NCBI GenBank assembly: GCA_034780895.1 | Contig: JAUZTB010000070.1 | Location: 13,283,612-13,343,198, forward strand | Direction of reading: 5' to 3' | DNA from: Rhynchobatus australiae | Taxonomy: Eukaryota | DNA: 59,587 bases | Shown: piece by piece, positions 37,626 to 51,910 of the stretch | How the letters are laid out: each line of letters opens with the position of its first letter | Position numbering within the stretch: the first letter of the stretch is position 1 | Translations under genes and position numbers: made by a program | The notes under the pieces: model-generated | Databases searched by the model: none | What the model was told of the DNA's origin: nothing | The model's input: only the letters and a program-made list of their open reading frames with translations

Positions 37626-39504
37626 AGAAACCCTCGTTGACTCCAGCGGTCACTTGCTGGGCGCTGCTTGTTGAGCATGGAGATGTTTTTTGAGCCTTGC
37701 ATTGGGTGTTTAATTGTCCACTGCGATTCGCCACTAAATGTGGCACGGCTGCAGTAGTCGGATCCATTAGTGGTGACTTGGCTCTGTTGTATACTACCAT
37801 TGCTGTGTAGTCTGCACTTGGTGTTGTGTTCCAGCCTCACCAGGTTGACACCTCAAGTTTGTGTGCTTGGTGCTGCTCCTGGCATTTCCCTCTATACTCA
37901 TTGAACCAAGGTTGATTCCCTGGATTAATAGTAATGGTAGACCAAGGGATTTACTGTTCCATGAGGTTTTAGATTATGGTGATGGACACCTGCCTTTGGT
38001 CCATGGTGTCTCATGGATATTCAGTTTTTTACCTAATTTGTTCTACATCTATCGTATTCAGCACCACAGTAGTGGCACTAAACACAATGTATTTTGTCCT
38101 TGCTGTGAGGATGGTGCATGGATTCAACAATATCTGCAATTGTCACTTCTGCCATTTTGTTAGGGATATAATTAGAGTCCTACAGCATGGAAACAGGCCC
38201 TTTGGCCCAACTTGTACATGCCAACCTTCCAGATACAGGAGCGTTGAGCAGTGATGGGGTGATATATGCATCTGTGACAGGCATATTGGTGAGGACAATG
38301 TCAGCAGTTTATCCTTTGTGTTAATCCATTCATTGTGGCAGCTGTGTCCTTTAAGGATGGGTCATTGGTTGTGCTGCTAAGCCTTTCCCAGTGATGGACA
38401 TTGTGATTCCTACTCAGAGTACCTTTTGTGGCACTTGTACTTGGTGCTCATTCAGGCTTTTGTTCAACAGGGAAGAGTGCTAATTCATTAGTTTGACAGG
38501 AGAGAGCAAGTGGTGATCAGGAGGGATTTTCCTTGCTCATGTTTGACATTCCATGGGACTTTATGGAATGGAGTCAATGTCGAGGACTCCCTTGGCTATT
38601 CCCTCTTGTCTGTGTTGTCCCTTCTGTATTTATCCAGCCAGTGGGGAGCAGGGATTGTCAGGGAGAGGTCCGGCATGTTACCTGTAAGATGTGATTTTGT
38701 GAGGATGATTGTCTTGGGTCCCATTTTAGAACACATTTCCTAGATGTTTCTGAGGATCACTTTACATGGTCAGCTAGACTGGGAGCAACTCCACTCCATT
38801 AATGTTCTGTGATCCATTTGGTTTTATTCATTATTTTCAAGTAATGCACATGATACAACTGAGCATTTGCTGAGCTGTTTCACAGGGCTTTTAAGGGTCA
38901 ATTGGATTGGTGGCTCTGGAGTCTGATATAGTCCAGCCCAGGTAGGAGAGCAGATTTCTACACTGGTGGATTTTTTAATTCCACGGTTGCCTTGTGATCT
39001 TTGGATTGTTAGTCCAGGCTGCTGGATTACTAGTCTGGTCATTTAAGAACTGCACTACTCTTTTTGTATTGTTTATCTACATTATTATTCCCTAATTTGT
39101 TTTTGTATTAATTTAAAGTGGGGGATACTGGCAAGGGTTCATGTATTCTCCATCTTAGCTTGAAAAGATGACCAATCACATTCAATTGCTACTTTTTTTG
39201 TTGTAATGCTAGACAGGGAATTCTGGTGTTTTGTCCCAGATGTAGAAAAGGAACGATCCAGAATGTTTCAAGTCAGTTTGGTGTGTGATTTGGTCATGCT
39301 GCTGCCATAATACTGCAGCTCTTGGTGAGTTGGTATGCTGATTATTTGAAGATGGGACATGACTGCATCAGTGGTTAGGGAGAATAATCAGATGGATTGC
39401 TCTTCCCTAGAATGGGGACTCTTTAATAGCAGAGTGCATTGGGCTTAAAACATAGATGAACTGTTCCAGCCGTGTGTTATCACTTGACTAAAATGGCACA
39501 TCAA

Positions 39505-39805
39505 ACATCAAAGGCAGCAGTCGGATTCAATCCTGGTCTCGGTTGCTGTCCGTGGGGAGTTTGCACATCCTTCTTGTGGGTTTCCACCAGCTGCTCCTGT
39601 TTCCTCCTGTAAACATGCTAGTAGATTAATTGGCCACTGTAAATTACCCCTTGGTAAGTGAGAAAAGAATCAAAGGGAGATTGCTGGACACACGAGAAAG
39701 AATAGGACTATAGGGAAATAAGGAGGTGGGGGGGGGGTGCAGGAATGAGGGAATTGCTCTACTGGGAGCCGGCTTGAACCTGATGGGCCATATGGCCTGC
39801 AACAT
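39505..39805 (+). mobile_element. V-SINE remnant
   Basis: GGATTCAATCCTG..GGAGTTTGCACA..GTGGGTTTCC..TGTAAATTACCCC. Confidence 0.65.
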
Positions 39806-41053
39806 TATAAGTAACTGTGAGCATAAAGTTCACTCTACACGGTATTTCTCCAAGAGCTCGTAATTGATTACATTTGATATAATTCACCAAATATGCTTAT
39901 AAGCATTCCTTTCTCTATTGTGATGCTGAATTTAATACTGCTCTGGTTAATCTGAAGTCAGATCACTGCAAGATAGCGATAGTCAATCAGTGTGAGAGGA
40001 ATTAGATGAAGTGTATTGGATAATTACTTTCCCTTCTAATGCATGCAAATCAGAGTTTCTTTAGAATCTTTGAGACTTCCAGAATACCTGTCTTAACTTC
40101 ACTTTGTACTGTGTCTTATAACCTCAAAAAAAACATAGCTATGTAATTGAAATAGGGAAGCAGTATGAGATAATCAAACTTTGTTATTAATGATGCAATT
40201 AATAGATACTTTCATAGTGGTTAAATATAATGTCTCCTAACAGATATTGAAAGTATACCTGGTCGCAATGACCAATCGTCATCAAGGGGATGAATGTAGT
40301 TGGAAAATATCACACTAGCAACTGGCATTCTTTTTCTTGTGGTTTACAATTATATTCACTGCAACTTTGTAAGTCATGTGGTTTAGTTTTAATACATTTT
40401 CAGCCAGGAATCTGCAGTCTTATTCCTCTATAATACGAGTACAGGAGCACAATCTTATTCTGTCTAGTAGATTGTCTGTTCTAGGCTTGCTTTCTCTACC
40501 ATTAACTTGAGAATCCAGTTTCACCTGACAATTCCCCCTTTTAGTTCTCATTATTTCCTACAGTAACTATCACACACTTGTATATTATCTTGCTATTAAT
40601 TTTATCCTTGTGACAAAAGATTTGTCATATGATAGCCGTTGTGCAATTATGAATTGTTTTTCAGGCAAAATGCTTCAAATTAACTTGATTTTTAGGTGTA
40701 ACTTCTAGACTCCAAACACATGGCAGTTTAGACCAAATTAATTTAACTAAATATGTCAATGGAATTAAGCCAGTTCCTAAGCAGAATTGGCTATGGCCTT
40801 TTATTTCCACCTTTTCCAATTGATACTTTAGGTATTGGTATTTTTATAGTTGTAATTTTATTTGCTGTTTGCAATTAATTTGAGGAGCTTCAAGAGCCAT
40901 GTGTATGCAAATTTACTTTCTGCTCATGGCATATATATATAAAAAAAATCTTTTTACCATTGGAGGCCAACATTGGGCTAATGATTTTGGCTTGCTGAAT
41001 TTAAATTTGTAACAAAATAATGTGACATTGACATTATAGAATTACATTCGTGA

Positions 41054-41215
<162 letters not shown>

Positions 41216-43267
41216 TAATTGTTGAAGATTGAAGCTAAGAAACCCAGAGCAATATGTCATTTGGATGGAATTATACCCAATACTGGTCTGTACTTTTTCT
41301 GTAGCTGCCTAGTTAATGTAACACAGGCAAATCTTGGAATGGAAAATTAAGTTGCATAATTTATTTAGAAATGTTTCCCTCATTGAAGACTTGTTATGGC
41401 AACATGCAGGTTTAATCTGATGATTTAACTAACTACTGTTTGAAGTTTTTAAATAGTTTTTGGTAAAATTTTACTTTAAGTTATGATTGGCCAGTGCCTA
41501 CACATGAAATAGTGATCATATTTCAATTTTGCTAATTGCCTGCTTTCACTGTTGCCAACAATGTGTTTAATTTTGGGAACCTTCTTTGTGGCCTAAGGAG
41601 ACCACATTTTTGTGGGCAGAATTGTGGTGTTAGCTGAATTTGAACTAAATGCAAACATTAACAGATTAACTTTCCAAATTCATTTGGATTCCAGGGTAGA
41701 GAAAAGAGTGACTTGTGCAAATAAAAGCTATGGGATTGGTATTTTTCACTTTGGTTTTGGTTTATGAGGTTGTCTTACATTATCTGTTATTAACTGTTGG
41801 GACAGGATTAGGGGTAGTGTGGTGACAGGTGGGAAAAGAAAGGAGTATTATACCAGAAGGTTTGCTTTAAAGAGTTTGAGTGCAAACACGCAAGACAAAA
41901 ATACAAGGTCTGGGGTAACCATAAATAACAGTTCTTGTACTACTTTGGGTTACAAATACCAGTTTGGCGGGGGGGGGGGAGGGGTGGTCCCTGATTTTGC
42001 CACAAAATGTTTGTTAAAAGATAGATATATAACAAAAGTAATAAATTGGATAGAAAGTTGATGAAAGGAAATACAAAACTGGTTTTGGGTGTCAGAAAAA
42101 CAGGGATGGGTGCTCGTGCACAATAGCAAAATGCTAGGGTTGATGAACAAATATTTATAGGACTAAATGTCATTCTTTGAAAATGCGATTTGAAAAATAG
42201 ATTTTGAATGGCATCATGGAGATACTGGAACAAAGATTGTACAAGATGGATGATTAGCTGTTAGTTTTAAATGATCTGTCGTGGTGCAGCCTTTAATGGC
42301 ATGGAGATGTGCAGCAAAAATGCACTAGGATGATGGGGATCAATACCTATGCTTGTGAGGAGAGATCATTTCCATTAGCGCAGAGGATGCAAAAGAATAA
42401 ATTAAATGGAAATGTTTAAGATTCATGAAATCCTACCATTTTGTTCAGTGTCCATTGTTGTAACCCTGAAATTTGAGTGCAAAACAAAAGAGAAACCAAA
42501 CTTCAAATACTACTGGGTATCCAACCAGCAGGCCAAGGATGTCCAATTATGTTGTACCACTCAGCATTTTATTAGTATCTGGTGGTCTATTAGAAATAGT
42601 TAAAGAATTACTGCAATACAAACAGATTCTTTGAGCTTTTTATTAACTGTAGTGCCATTCGTCAAGCAATTTCCCAAGATGGTCAGAATGAGGTCAACCT
42701 CAAGATTACATAGAAATATCGAGCATTAAGGACTCTCCCCATGAAATTAGGATTGCCATTACAACTGACTAAATCACTTTGGTGGTGCAATGCTTCGAGA
42801 AGTTGAGAATGATGTCTTTGTATATGAGAGGTTTTTATTACTTTTGGATGAATGGTACTGAAGTAATCCAATAGAACTGATACTTCCCAATTTCCAAATT
42901 AAGTACTGGCCAATCTCAATCAAAGCTTGTCAGAAGTACAATTTTTAAACTTGGTTTAGGCACTCTCCTTTTTGAGTTATTTTGGACAGAACAATCTATG
43001 CAAAAGATGCATTTCACTGTGTGTTTCGATGTACATGTGACTAATAAAGAAATCTTACTATAGTTATGTGAAAGACATCAAATGTATTTTCTGCCCATGT
43101 ACATTAAAATGTAAAGTATATTTGTTGCAAATATCATTTGTTCCAATAGTTTTGAGATATGTAATGAATCTAAAAAGATACATCATTTATGTGTATTTTT
43201 TTTCCCCTCACTTGTGCTTCAGGACAACTAGGGGGAATATATGGCATTGTGAATGAAAAGGGCATGA

Positions 43268-44060
<793 letters not shown>

Positions 44061-44833
44061 CGATACAAAGGCTTAAGAGTCCAGTGAACACACTTGAGCT
44101 GGATTTTTGTACAATCGTCAGTCCCTTCTGTGAAGCAGCATTGAAGTGTAAAACTTCTGCAGAGCCTTGTTTGAGTGAAGTGGAACCCAAGCCTGGAGAT
44201 TTCAAATACTACGTTTTCTTTGTGCCATTACCTAAAACAACATGTTAACCTACAGATTTTCAATGTATTAAATAAAATACATCTTGTTTGGTTTAATTTG
44301 CTATCAGGTTACACACATGAAAGTACTTGAATATTTCTAAAATAAAACTACTTAATGACAGAATTTGGCATTATTGTAATTGTTAGTCTAAAATCAGTTT
44401 TGTTGAAGTGTAAATGCTTGTGATCTTGTCTGTTATTCTCTCCTTTTCCTCATAAGTATGTAACTGCTTCCATTTCCATGATAACATTTTGGAAATACAA
44501 ATATAAATGCTGCTTTGGATATAATATGGCCACGGTTCCTCCTTTCATTCAAACAAATGGTAAAACCATATTCATATTTGTGTTTTAAGCATTTCCTGGC
44601 TGGCTTTTTCCTCTTTTTTTAAAGCACAAAGTGGGCTGGGGGTTGAACCATTGTTGAATTTGGAGTCTAGATTAAGCATACAAATATTTTTTTTTCCCCA
44701 TTTTTCTTAAAAACCATATGGGATTTCTAGATAAAGTGTTANNNNNNNNNNCACTGACTTCCTTATTTAAAGGTTTTGTCAATAGTAGTTATTTATTCAG
44801 TCTGAATTAATTTACTACATTTAAAACTTGTAG

Positions 44834-44949
44834 TCGAAGAGGAGGATGAAGATGATGATGAAGAGGGGGAGTTTGATGCTTTGGATGAGGAGGATGAAGA
44901 TGAACTTGATGGTGACGATGATGACGAGGATGAAGATGACAGTGAGGAT
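44834..44949 (+). CDS. ANP32B: ANP32 exon 5 (acidic tail)
   Basis: tgtAG / GTAAGC boundaries, 116 nt, phase 1 to 0, D/E-rich. Confidence 0.9.
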
Positions 44950-45225
44950 GTAAGCAAAAATTAGACCATTTTCTCAAAGGAGGACTTACTGAATTGGTTA
45001 ATGAATTATTATTCATTTGCCTGTGATTATATTTATACTTGTGAAGTTCAATTACAATACAAGTTCTGTCTTAGCTTTTAGGGGAGATAAATGTCTAGTG
45101 ACATTTGTCATCCCATTTGGGGTAACTTGTGCAGAGTATATCTTCATTGTTTTCATGTTTGGAAGGAAATATGTGCTTTTGTTATAATTGACCCTGAAAT
45201 GTAAAAAAAAAATTTTTTTATCTAG

Positions 45226-45268
45226 GATGATGAGGATGAAGAAGCTGAAGATGAGGAGGAATGCAAAG
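45226..45268 (+). CDS. ANP32B: ANP32 exon 6 (DDEDEEAEDEEECK)
   Basis: tctAG / GTAAGC boundaries, 43 nt, phase 0 to 1. Confidence 0.88.
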
Positions 45269-45529
45269 GTAAGCTTCAAACAACATTTGGCAGGTTTAGG
45301 TTATCTTATAAATGAGCCTCTGCTTCAGCTAAATATTTTTATCCCAAACTTTGGTGGGCTTTTATTGAACTCGAACTGGTCTTCAAGCTGCTAGCAGTAC
45401 CCATTTTGTCAATGGTCAAGTTAACATCCTACTGTTTGTGTTCTGCCTCCAAATTCTGCCACCAGCTTTTAAAACAGACATCACTTTCCAGAGCTTACTC
45501 ATTTTTTTCTCTAATATTTTCGTGTAACG

Positions 45530-45855
45530 TAGAAGGAGGCCTATCAGCACATTGAGTCTATACCAGCTCACATCCATTCTAATCAGTTCTATTCTATTTA
45601 TTGCCCTGAAATCAATTCTTGCTCACATGCCCATCAACTCCACCACCTCAATTCTACCACCAGGTACAATTTATAGTGATCAATTAACCCAGAAGCCAGC
45701 ATATCTTTGAGATGTGGGAGAAAACTGGAGCACCCAGGGAAACCCACATAGTCACAGGGAGTACAAACTTCACACACAGATAGCACTCAAGGTCAGGAGT
45801 GAGGCCAGGCTAATGGAACTATATGGCGGTAGTTCTAACTGAGCTGCTCCATTTA
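45530..45855 (-). mobile_element. V-SINE
   Basis: GATGTGGGAGAAAACTGGAGCACCCAGGGAAACCCAC..GTCACAGGGAG core. A similar copy lies at ~33365-33680. Confidence 0.75.
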
Positions 45856-48169
45856 CCTCCTCATTTAATCCCCTGTCTGTTCTCACCCTTCTGCAGTTGT
45901 CCCACAACTTGTATTTCAAATTCCAACACATTACAAAATTAATGTTGTCCAGTTGTTTAACATTCCTGAAATTATCCCACATTCGACATCCCTCTCACCA
46001 TCACATTCTTGTCACATTTCCTGCTCATTCTTTGTTTCAGGGAACAGTTTGCCATTTTATCCATCCCTGTAAACCAAGTAGCTTCCTCCTCAACATTTGA
46101 ACATTTTGCTTCATATACTTATTCTTTTGCTATAAACTCCCCAAATTCCTTGCTTCCTATCACATTTCATTTCATCAGGCTCTCTTTCTGAAACTTCTGG
46201 TTTTTGATTTGTGAATCTTTAAAGATCAAATGTTTCCTCCTCTTTCCTCAACATTTTTACTTAACTCTCTGTTTCACAACACTACTTCAAAAATGTCTTT
46301 CAACCTGTACAGATTTAATGAGATAAATGTAATCTTTCACCAATCACAATTGGCTCTAATTTTATAATCCATAATAAAATAATCCATACNNNNNNNNNNN
46401 NNNNNNNNNNNNNNNNNNNNNNNNNNNNNNNNNNNNNNNNNNNNNNNNNNNNNNNNNNNNNNNNNNNNNNNNNNNNNNNNNNNNNNNNNNNNNNNNNNNN
46501 NNNNNNNNNNNNNNNNNNNNNGTATTAGTTNNNNNNNNNNNNNNNNNNNNNNNNNNNNNNNNNNNNNNNNNNNNNNNNNNNNNNNNNNNNNNNNNNNNNN
46601 NNNNNNNNNNNNNNNNNNNNNNNNNNNNNNGTTGGGTACTTTGCACTGTATTTCTTTCTTCTGGATTTTTGATTCAGGTCCCCCAAGCATTTCACCTGCA
46701 AATGAGAAGAGTTTGTTAGACATGAGCAGTGACAGCAGATGGCATAAAAACACTTGTTTTGCATAAAATTCTGCCATGCACAAGATTTGTGAACAGTACA
46801 GGCATTAAGCACCTGAATCATATTCCAACCAGAAGTTTGAGACAAACTTCAATGTTAGCTATTGAGCCCAATCCTACCTGGCCTTCGCAGAGGAGTCCAA
46901 GGACTATATATTGGTTTTATTTTCAATGATCACCCATACCCCTTCCCCTCATTTGGTGCCCTCTAGTTTTTAGGTCCCATTCCTTAGGAAAAAAGACATG
47001 TTCGCCCTGTCTATTTCATTTATGAGGAGAAATTGGATCGGTCATGTTTATTTTCCTTGGAGCATAGGAGGCTGAGGGGGGACATGATAGAGGCATACAA
47101 AATTATGGGAGGCATTGATGGAAAGGAACTTTTGCCATCAAGTTCCTCAAAGGAGATGTATCCTCTCTCTTGTCATCATCCTTAACCATTGTAGCTTCTG
47201 CTCCTGCTTTACCATTTTCCTGTCCTTTCTCATGGCTTTATTCAGGTTAATGATTTCGAAAAACATTGCCATTTGTTTGTTGTCTCAGGGACTTAGTCCA
47301 AAAACTCGATACCTTGCAACTTTGTTTCAGTACCTTCACCTGAAGGATCACAGCAATTCAAGAAAGTGGCTCAACATGACATTTTCAAGGGCAATTAAGT
47401 ACAGGCAATAACTGCAGGCTTTGTCAGTGATGCCTGCGTCCTGAACAATGAATTCAAAAAAGATAGTGGAGGTCTGATGTAAAGCTGGTCCCTTACTGTT
47501 GTCCTTTCTCTTTACTGACTCATTTGATGCCCAATTTGCTGTTTACTGCTGTAAAATACTTGGCAAAACATTTGATGATTAATGGAGAAATGCACCGATA
47601 TTTGTTTTCTTCTGGTATATAAAAAATATTATTTTGCATAAATTCCATATTTTTAAATTAAGAATTTGAAGCATCAGTTGTCTTAATGATGCAAATAATT
47701 AATACTAGTCACGGAAGTAGCCAAATGTTTTTTAACCTTTTTCCTGTACAAGTGGTTTACGTTTCTTTGTAATCTATTTCAGGCATTGTTTCTCTAAATA
47801 TTTCTATGATGGAAATCATCTTTCAGCCTTAGTAAATTGTTCTGTAAAAGTGCTTAAAATATAAGAAGATTTTAAATTAAAATAAAAAGTATGCTTGTTT
47901 ACATTATATTTTCCTTGCTTTATTTCAAGAAATGTTTACCAAGAAAATTGGGAATCTTATTCATGAATTTCTGCTTATTTATATTAAGAAATAGTCTCAT
48001 TCAAGTTAATTGATAAAGGAAAGGAAGCTTATTGATGGAGTAAAAGAGAGTGGGGCAAGTCTAATAATGTACTGAATGGTTCCAGCTCAGAAGGAGCCAG
48101 ATCACTCGGAATCCCCTAGACTGTACTTTCAGTACTGATTGATTCCAGAATATTCCCACTGCTCTGTAC

Positions 48170-48715
48170 GAAAGTTGGCATGTTATGTTGTCATTGTATA
48201 TGACATTGGTGAGGCTGCATTTGGAATATTGGGTTCAGTTTTGGTCACTATGCTATAAGAGAGTTGCCACTGAGCTGGAGAGCATGCAGAGGAGATTAAA
48301 GAGGATGTTGCCAGGTTTCAAGGAGCTGAGTTAGGGAGAGAGGTTGAGCAGGTTGGGACTTTATTCATTGGAGCATAAGGGGTGATCTTATTGAGGTGTA
48401 TAAAATCATGAGAGGCATAAATAGGGTGAATGCACAGTCTTTTTCCCAGGGTTGGGGAATCGAGAACTAGAGGACATAGGTTTAGGGTGAAAGGGGAGAG
48501 ATTTAATAGGAACCTGAGGGGTGACTTTTTCAACCAGAGGCAGGTCATTATATGGAATGAACTGCCAGAGGAAGTGGTTGAGGCAGGTAGATTAACATTT
48601 AAAAGGCACTTGGACAGGTGCATGGGTAGGAAAGGTTTAGAGGGATATGGGGCTAGCTTAGTTGGGAATCTTGGTCGGCGTGGACTAGTTGGGTGAAGCG
48701 CCTGTTCTGACTCTC
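48170..48715 (+). mobile_element. CR1 LINE 3' end
   Basis: LY.TLVRLHLEYWVQFWS and ORF 48430-48696 (SRTRGHRFRVKGERFNRNLRGDFF.QR..IWNELP). Confidence 0.9.
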
Positions 48716-49042
48716 AAATCAATTTTTAATTGGTCTTTTCATTTGTGAGAAGTAAGTGGTGACTATTTCTGTTGTGAGTTCCGTTGTACACTTGTATAAA
48801 ACACCCAAAATCTTAAATTTCATAATTTAAAAAAGAGCAAATTGCATTTATCTTTAATGTAGGCTACCTATATCCTTTCCATATGATCTATTATTGTAAG
48901 AATATTTTCCTCTTTCATATCTGCTACTCTGTTCTTATCTTTGTGAGGCAAGTGTTATTGGTTTGTCTTGTGCTTTTCAAAATAGCAATTGCTTAACCAA
49001 AGCCAATGTCTTAATATGTTTGAATAAATGTTGCCTCCACAG

Positions 49043-49116
49043 AAATAGCCCAGGGCCAGAAACGGAAGAGGACCCAAGAGGATGATGGAGAAGAGGATAC
49101 TGAGGATGATGAATGA
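49043..49116 (+). CDS. ANP32B: ANP32 exon 7, coding part (IAQGQKRKRTQEDDGEEDTEDDE*)
   Basis: cacAG acceptor, KRKR nuclear localisation signal, TGA at 49114-49116. Confidence 0.93.
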
Positions 49117-50585
49117 ACTTAGTAAATGTATAGACTGTGACTGTGGTTGATATTCACATCAAGTGACATTCCTCTGAGACAGTATCTGTAGCTATGGTGA
49201 TGTGTATTAATGAAATATACATTTCATGAATTATTCTGTTTAAAAGTGCATTTATAACTAATTATCACATTTCTGACATGTTGGATACACTAGCTGCATT
49301 GCTGGAAGTCTGGCATGTTGCCTTAGATTGGTCAAAGTTGCCACTGTTAAACCAAAGTTGTATAACAGAAACTTAGGTAGTGGTGAATTTTGTTTATAAC
49401 CTCTCCCCTCTAGTAAGGATCATTTATCACTCCTAAATGGCATGTCACTTTTTAAGGTGTGAAGTCTCGCCCCACAACTGTTTGCATTTTTCTTCAAATT
49501 CTTTTCACTCCCTTCCTGTGGATTGATATTCCAAAGAGTGACAGTGGCGATTGAGTTGCTGACATTGCTGAACTATTAAGTTGTTATTAAGTATAAGTGC
49601 TTCCATTCCTTCACCATAGTAGAATGCTGTGACGTCATATTAATAGGCAGGCTGACTGGCCCAAATGATTCTTATGGTTAATCTTGTAAAGACCCATTGC
49701 ATTCAAATTAGAATCTGCCTTTACTGTGCCTTATAGTGTAGTTGGTCCAGCGGACAATTTTTGTTAAATGTGGTTAGGAATATCAAGTTGTTGCTGTACT
49801 GAAGTGTTAAGGTATACAACAGGACAGCCTGTACAATCTGTCAGAAATGTTTTTTTTAAATGCCAGTGTCTGTTATTGACTACTTATTGTTTTGGCATTT
49901 CCATAGCAACAGAACTGATGCAAGAGCAGAGAGCAGAACTGTTTTAAGAAGCTGTCTTTTTCAGAAACCTGAGTATGAAAAACAAAATTCATAATTAAGA
50001 TATATTTTATAGTTGCAGCTACTGGAGACTTACTGGTGTCCTAACTTTTGATGCAGGGTTTTAAACTGTGTTGACTTTCTACTGATCGAATTAAAAACAG
50101 ATCTGTTAGAAACGTTACCACAGTTGTCTAGAATCAAAAATGCTCAGAGCCTTGCTGTAGTTTGCCAGTCTTTCTGAAAAAGTTGTTCAGTTTTTAATTA
50201 CAAATGCAAAAAAAACCTTATAAAGAGGAAAGTAAATGGCTTTCAAATATTTGTATAAACTCGGTCAACAGTCTCTTTGTATTATAACAGTATATTATGG
50301 AATTAGTTCTAGATACCCATTGAAAAATGGATATTTATAAACTCTGGGACTTTTTTAAAGAAAACTAAATGTTGAGATTAGAAACTAGGTAATTTGTTAC
50401 TTTTTATTTTTAGTGTGGTGTGAATTTTTTAGAGCAAAAATGAATTTGAATATAAATTTTCAGTGTAGTAACTTTACAAATGTATTAAACTTTGAAATGT
50501 TGCTGTTCAGGTTATTTCTGTACAGAAAATAAGTTCAGAAGACCTATTTCATGTTAATGTATCTAGTTTTGTTATAAATTTTCAA

Positions 50586-50606
50586 AATAAATGGGTTTTT
50601 AATAAA
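50586..50606 (+). terminator. Tandem polyadenylation signals of ANP32 (3' UTR ~1.5 kb)
   Basis: AATAAA at 50586 and 50601 at the end of an AT-rich, repeat-free UTR, followed by GT-rich sequence. Confidence 0.65.
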
Positions 50607-50896
50607 AACTACTTTGAGTTGTGGATGTCTACTGTTTAACCTGGAGTAAGTTTGAGCTCCATGTTCCCAGAATTTAGCCAGTGTGACTCCTCAGCCATTT
50701 CTGAACTGAGAGAGATTTCAATTTTCTGTTTTTTAGCAGGTTCAGTCAAGCTTATGACCCAAGTTAATTATTGGAACAGTATCGTACTATTTTGTATACC
50801 AGTGATAATGGCAATGTATAAATTAGTAACATGCCCAAATTGTGATTTTCAGTCATTAATTGAAAGATGCCAAAATATGCAGAATAAGATTGGGTG

Positions 50897-50963
50897 CATT
50901 GGGCTTTAAACAGTCCAGGAAATCAGCAGACTTCATTGGGCTTTAAACAGTCCAGGAAATCAG
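50897..50963. repeat. 30-bp direct repeat (CATTGGGCTTTAAACAGTCCAGGAAATCAG) x2, period 37
   Basis: Read directly from the sequence. Confidence 0.9.
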
Positions 50964-51329
50964 TGGAGTGATCGTCACAAGAATATCCAAATAATTACTT
51001 GGTTTTTGTTTTCTCGCTTTTACAATTAGACTATTGGTGAATGAAGTCACAAATTTGAGCTCTGTGTTGAGAAGTGGAAGATGGGTTCACAAGAGCTGTT
51101 AGTGTTAGAATAGTAAAAGGAAAAAGCAAAAAATATGTGGAGTAGAAAAGATTCTTGTGGCAGTCAAAGGCATGGATCATTCCACAGGTTGTACTGATAG
51201 CAAAATCCATAGTACAAGTGTAGTGATTCTAGTGCAGCTATCCTCCATTACTAGCACCACTTGAGAGAAAACTGGGGAAGTGGTTATGGTCCAAAGATCA
51301 AGTTTCACCAAGTTCAATGTGATTAGCAA

Positions 51330-51910
51330 ACTAGTCAGTGTAAGTAGCACAGTTAACACTTAGGAAAGCAAATTAAATTTTGGCCCTTAATCAAGAAAGA
51401 TAAGCTGCAGATGTAGTGAGATCTTATCGCAGCTGTACAGGGCTTTGGTGAGTTCATGAGTCCACACATGGAAAACTGCACAACTTTGTTCTCTTTATTT
51501 ATGGAAGGATGTGCTTGCCATGGGATAATGCAGCAAAGGTTGACTCAATTCATTCCTGAGAAGGAGAGATTGACTTGTGAGGAAAGATTAAGTAGATAAG
51601 ACCTATGCTGTTTGGAGTAAAATGAAAGATAATAATAAGGTAAAACGCTCAGGGGGCTTGAAGAACGNNNNNNNNNNNNNNNNNNNNNNNNNNNNNNNNN
51701 NNNNNNNNNNNNNNNNNNNNNNNNNNNNNNNNNNNNNNNNNNNNNNNNNNNNNNNNNNNNNNNNNNNCAATGGGCCACTACTCCGTGGGTTGTGAATCTT
51801 TAGAATTCTCTAATGCAGGGTGCCATAGAAGCTGAGTCAAGACTGAGAAATATTTGGACCACAGGAAAATCGAGGGTTATGCGGATCAAATGGGCAGGTG
51901 GTACTGACGT
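51330..51910 (+). mobile_element. Degenerate CR1 3' fragment
   Basis: QLYRALV..HMENC.QL..LY..KDVLA motif followed by CR1 3' sequence. Confidence 0.6.

Larger units (their letters stand above)
33965..39050 (-). mobile_element. Long old CR1/L2-clade LINE fragmented by younger CR1 insertions
   Basis: Collinear pieces at ~33965-34270, 35230-36380, 37625-38160 and 38240-39050, homologous to 54492-56620. Confidence 0.6.
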
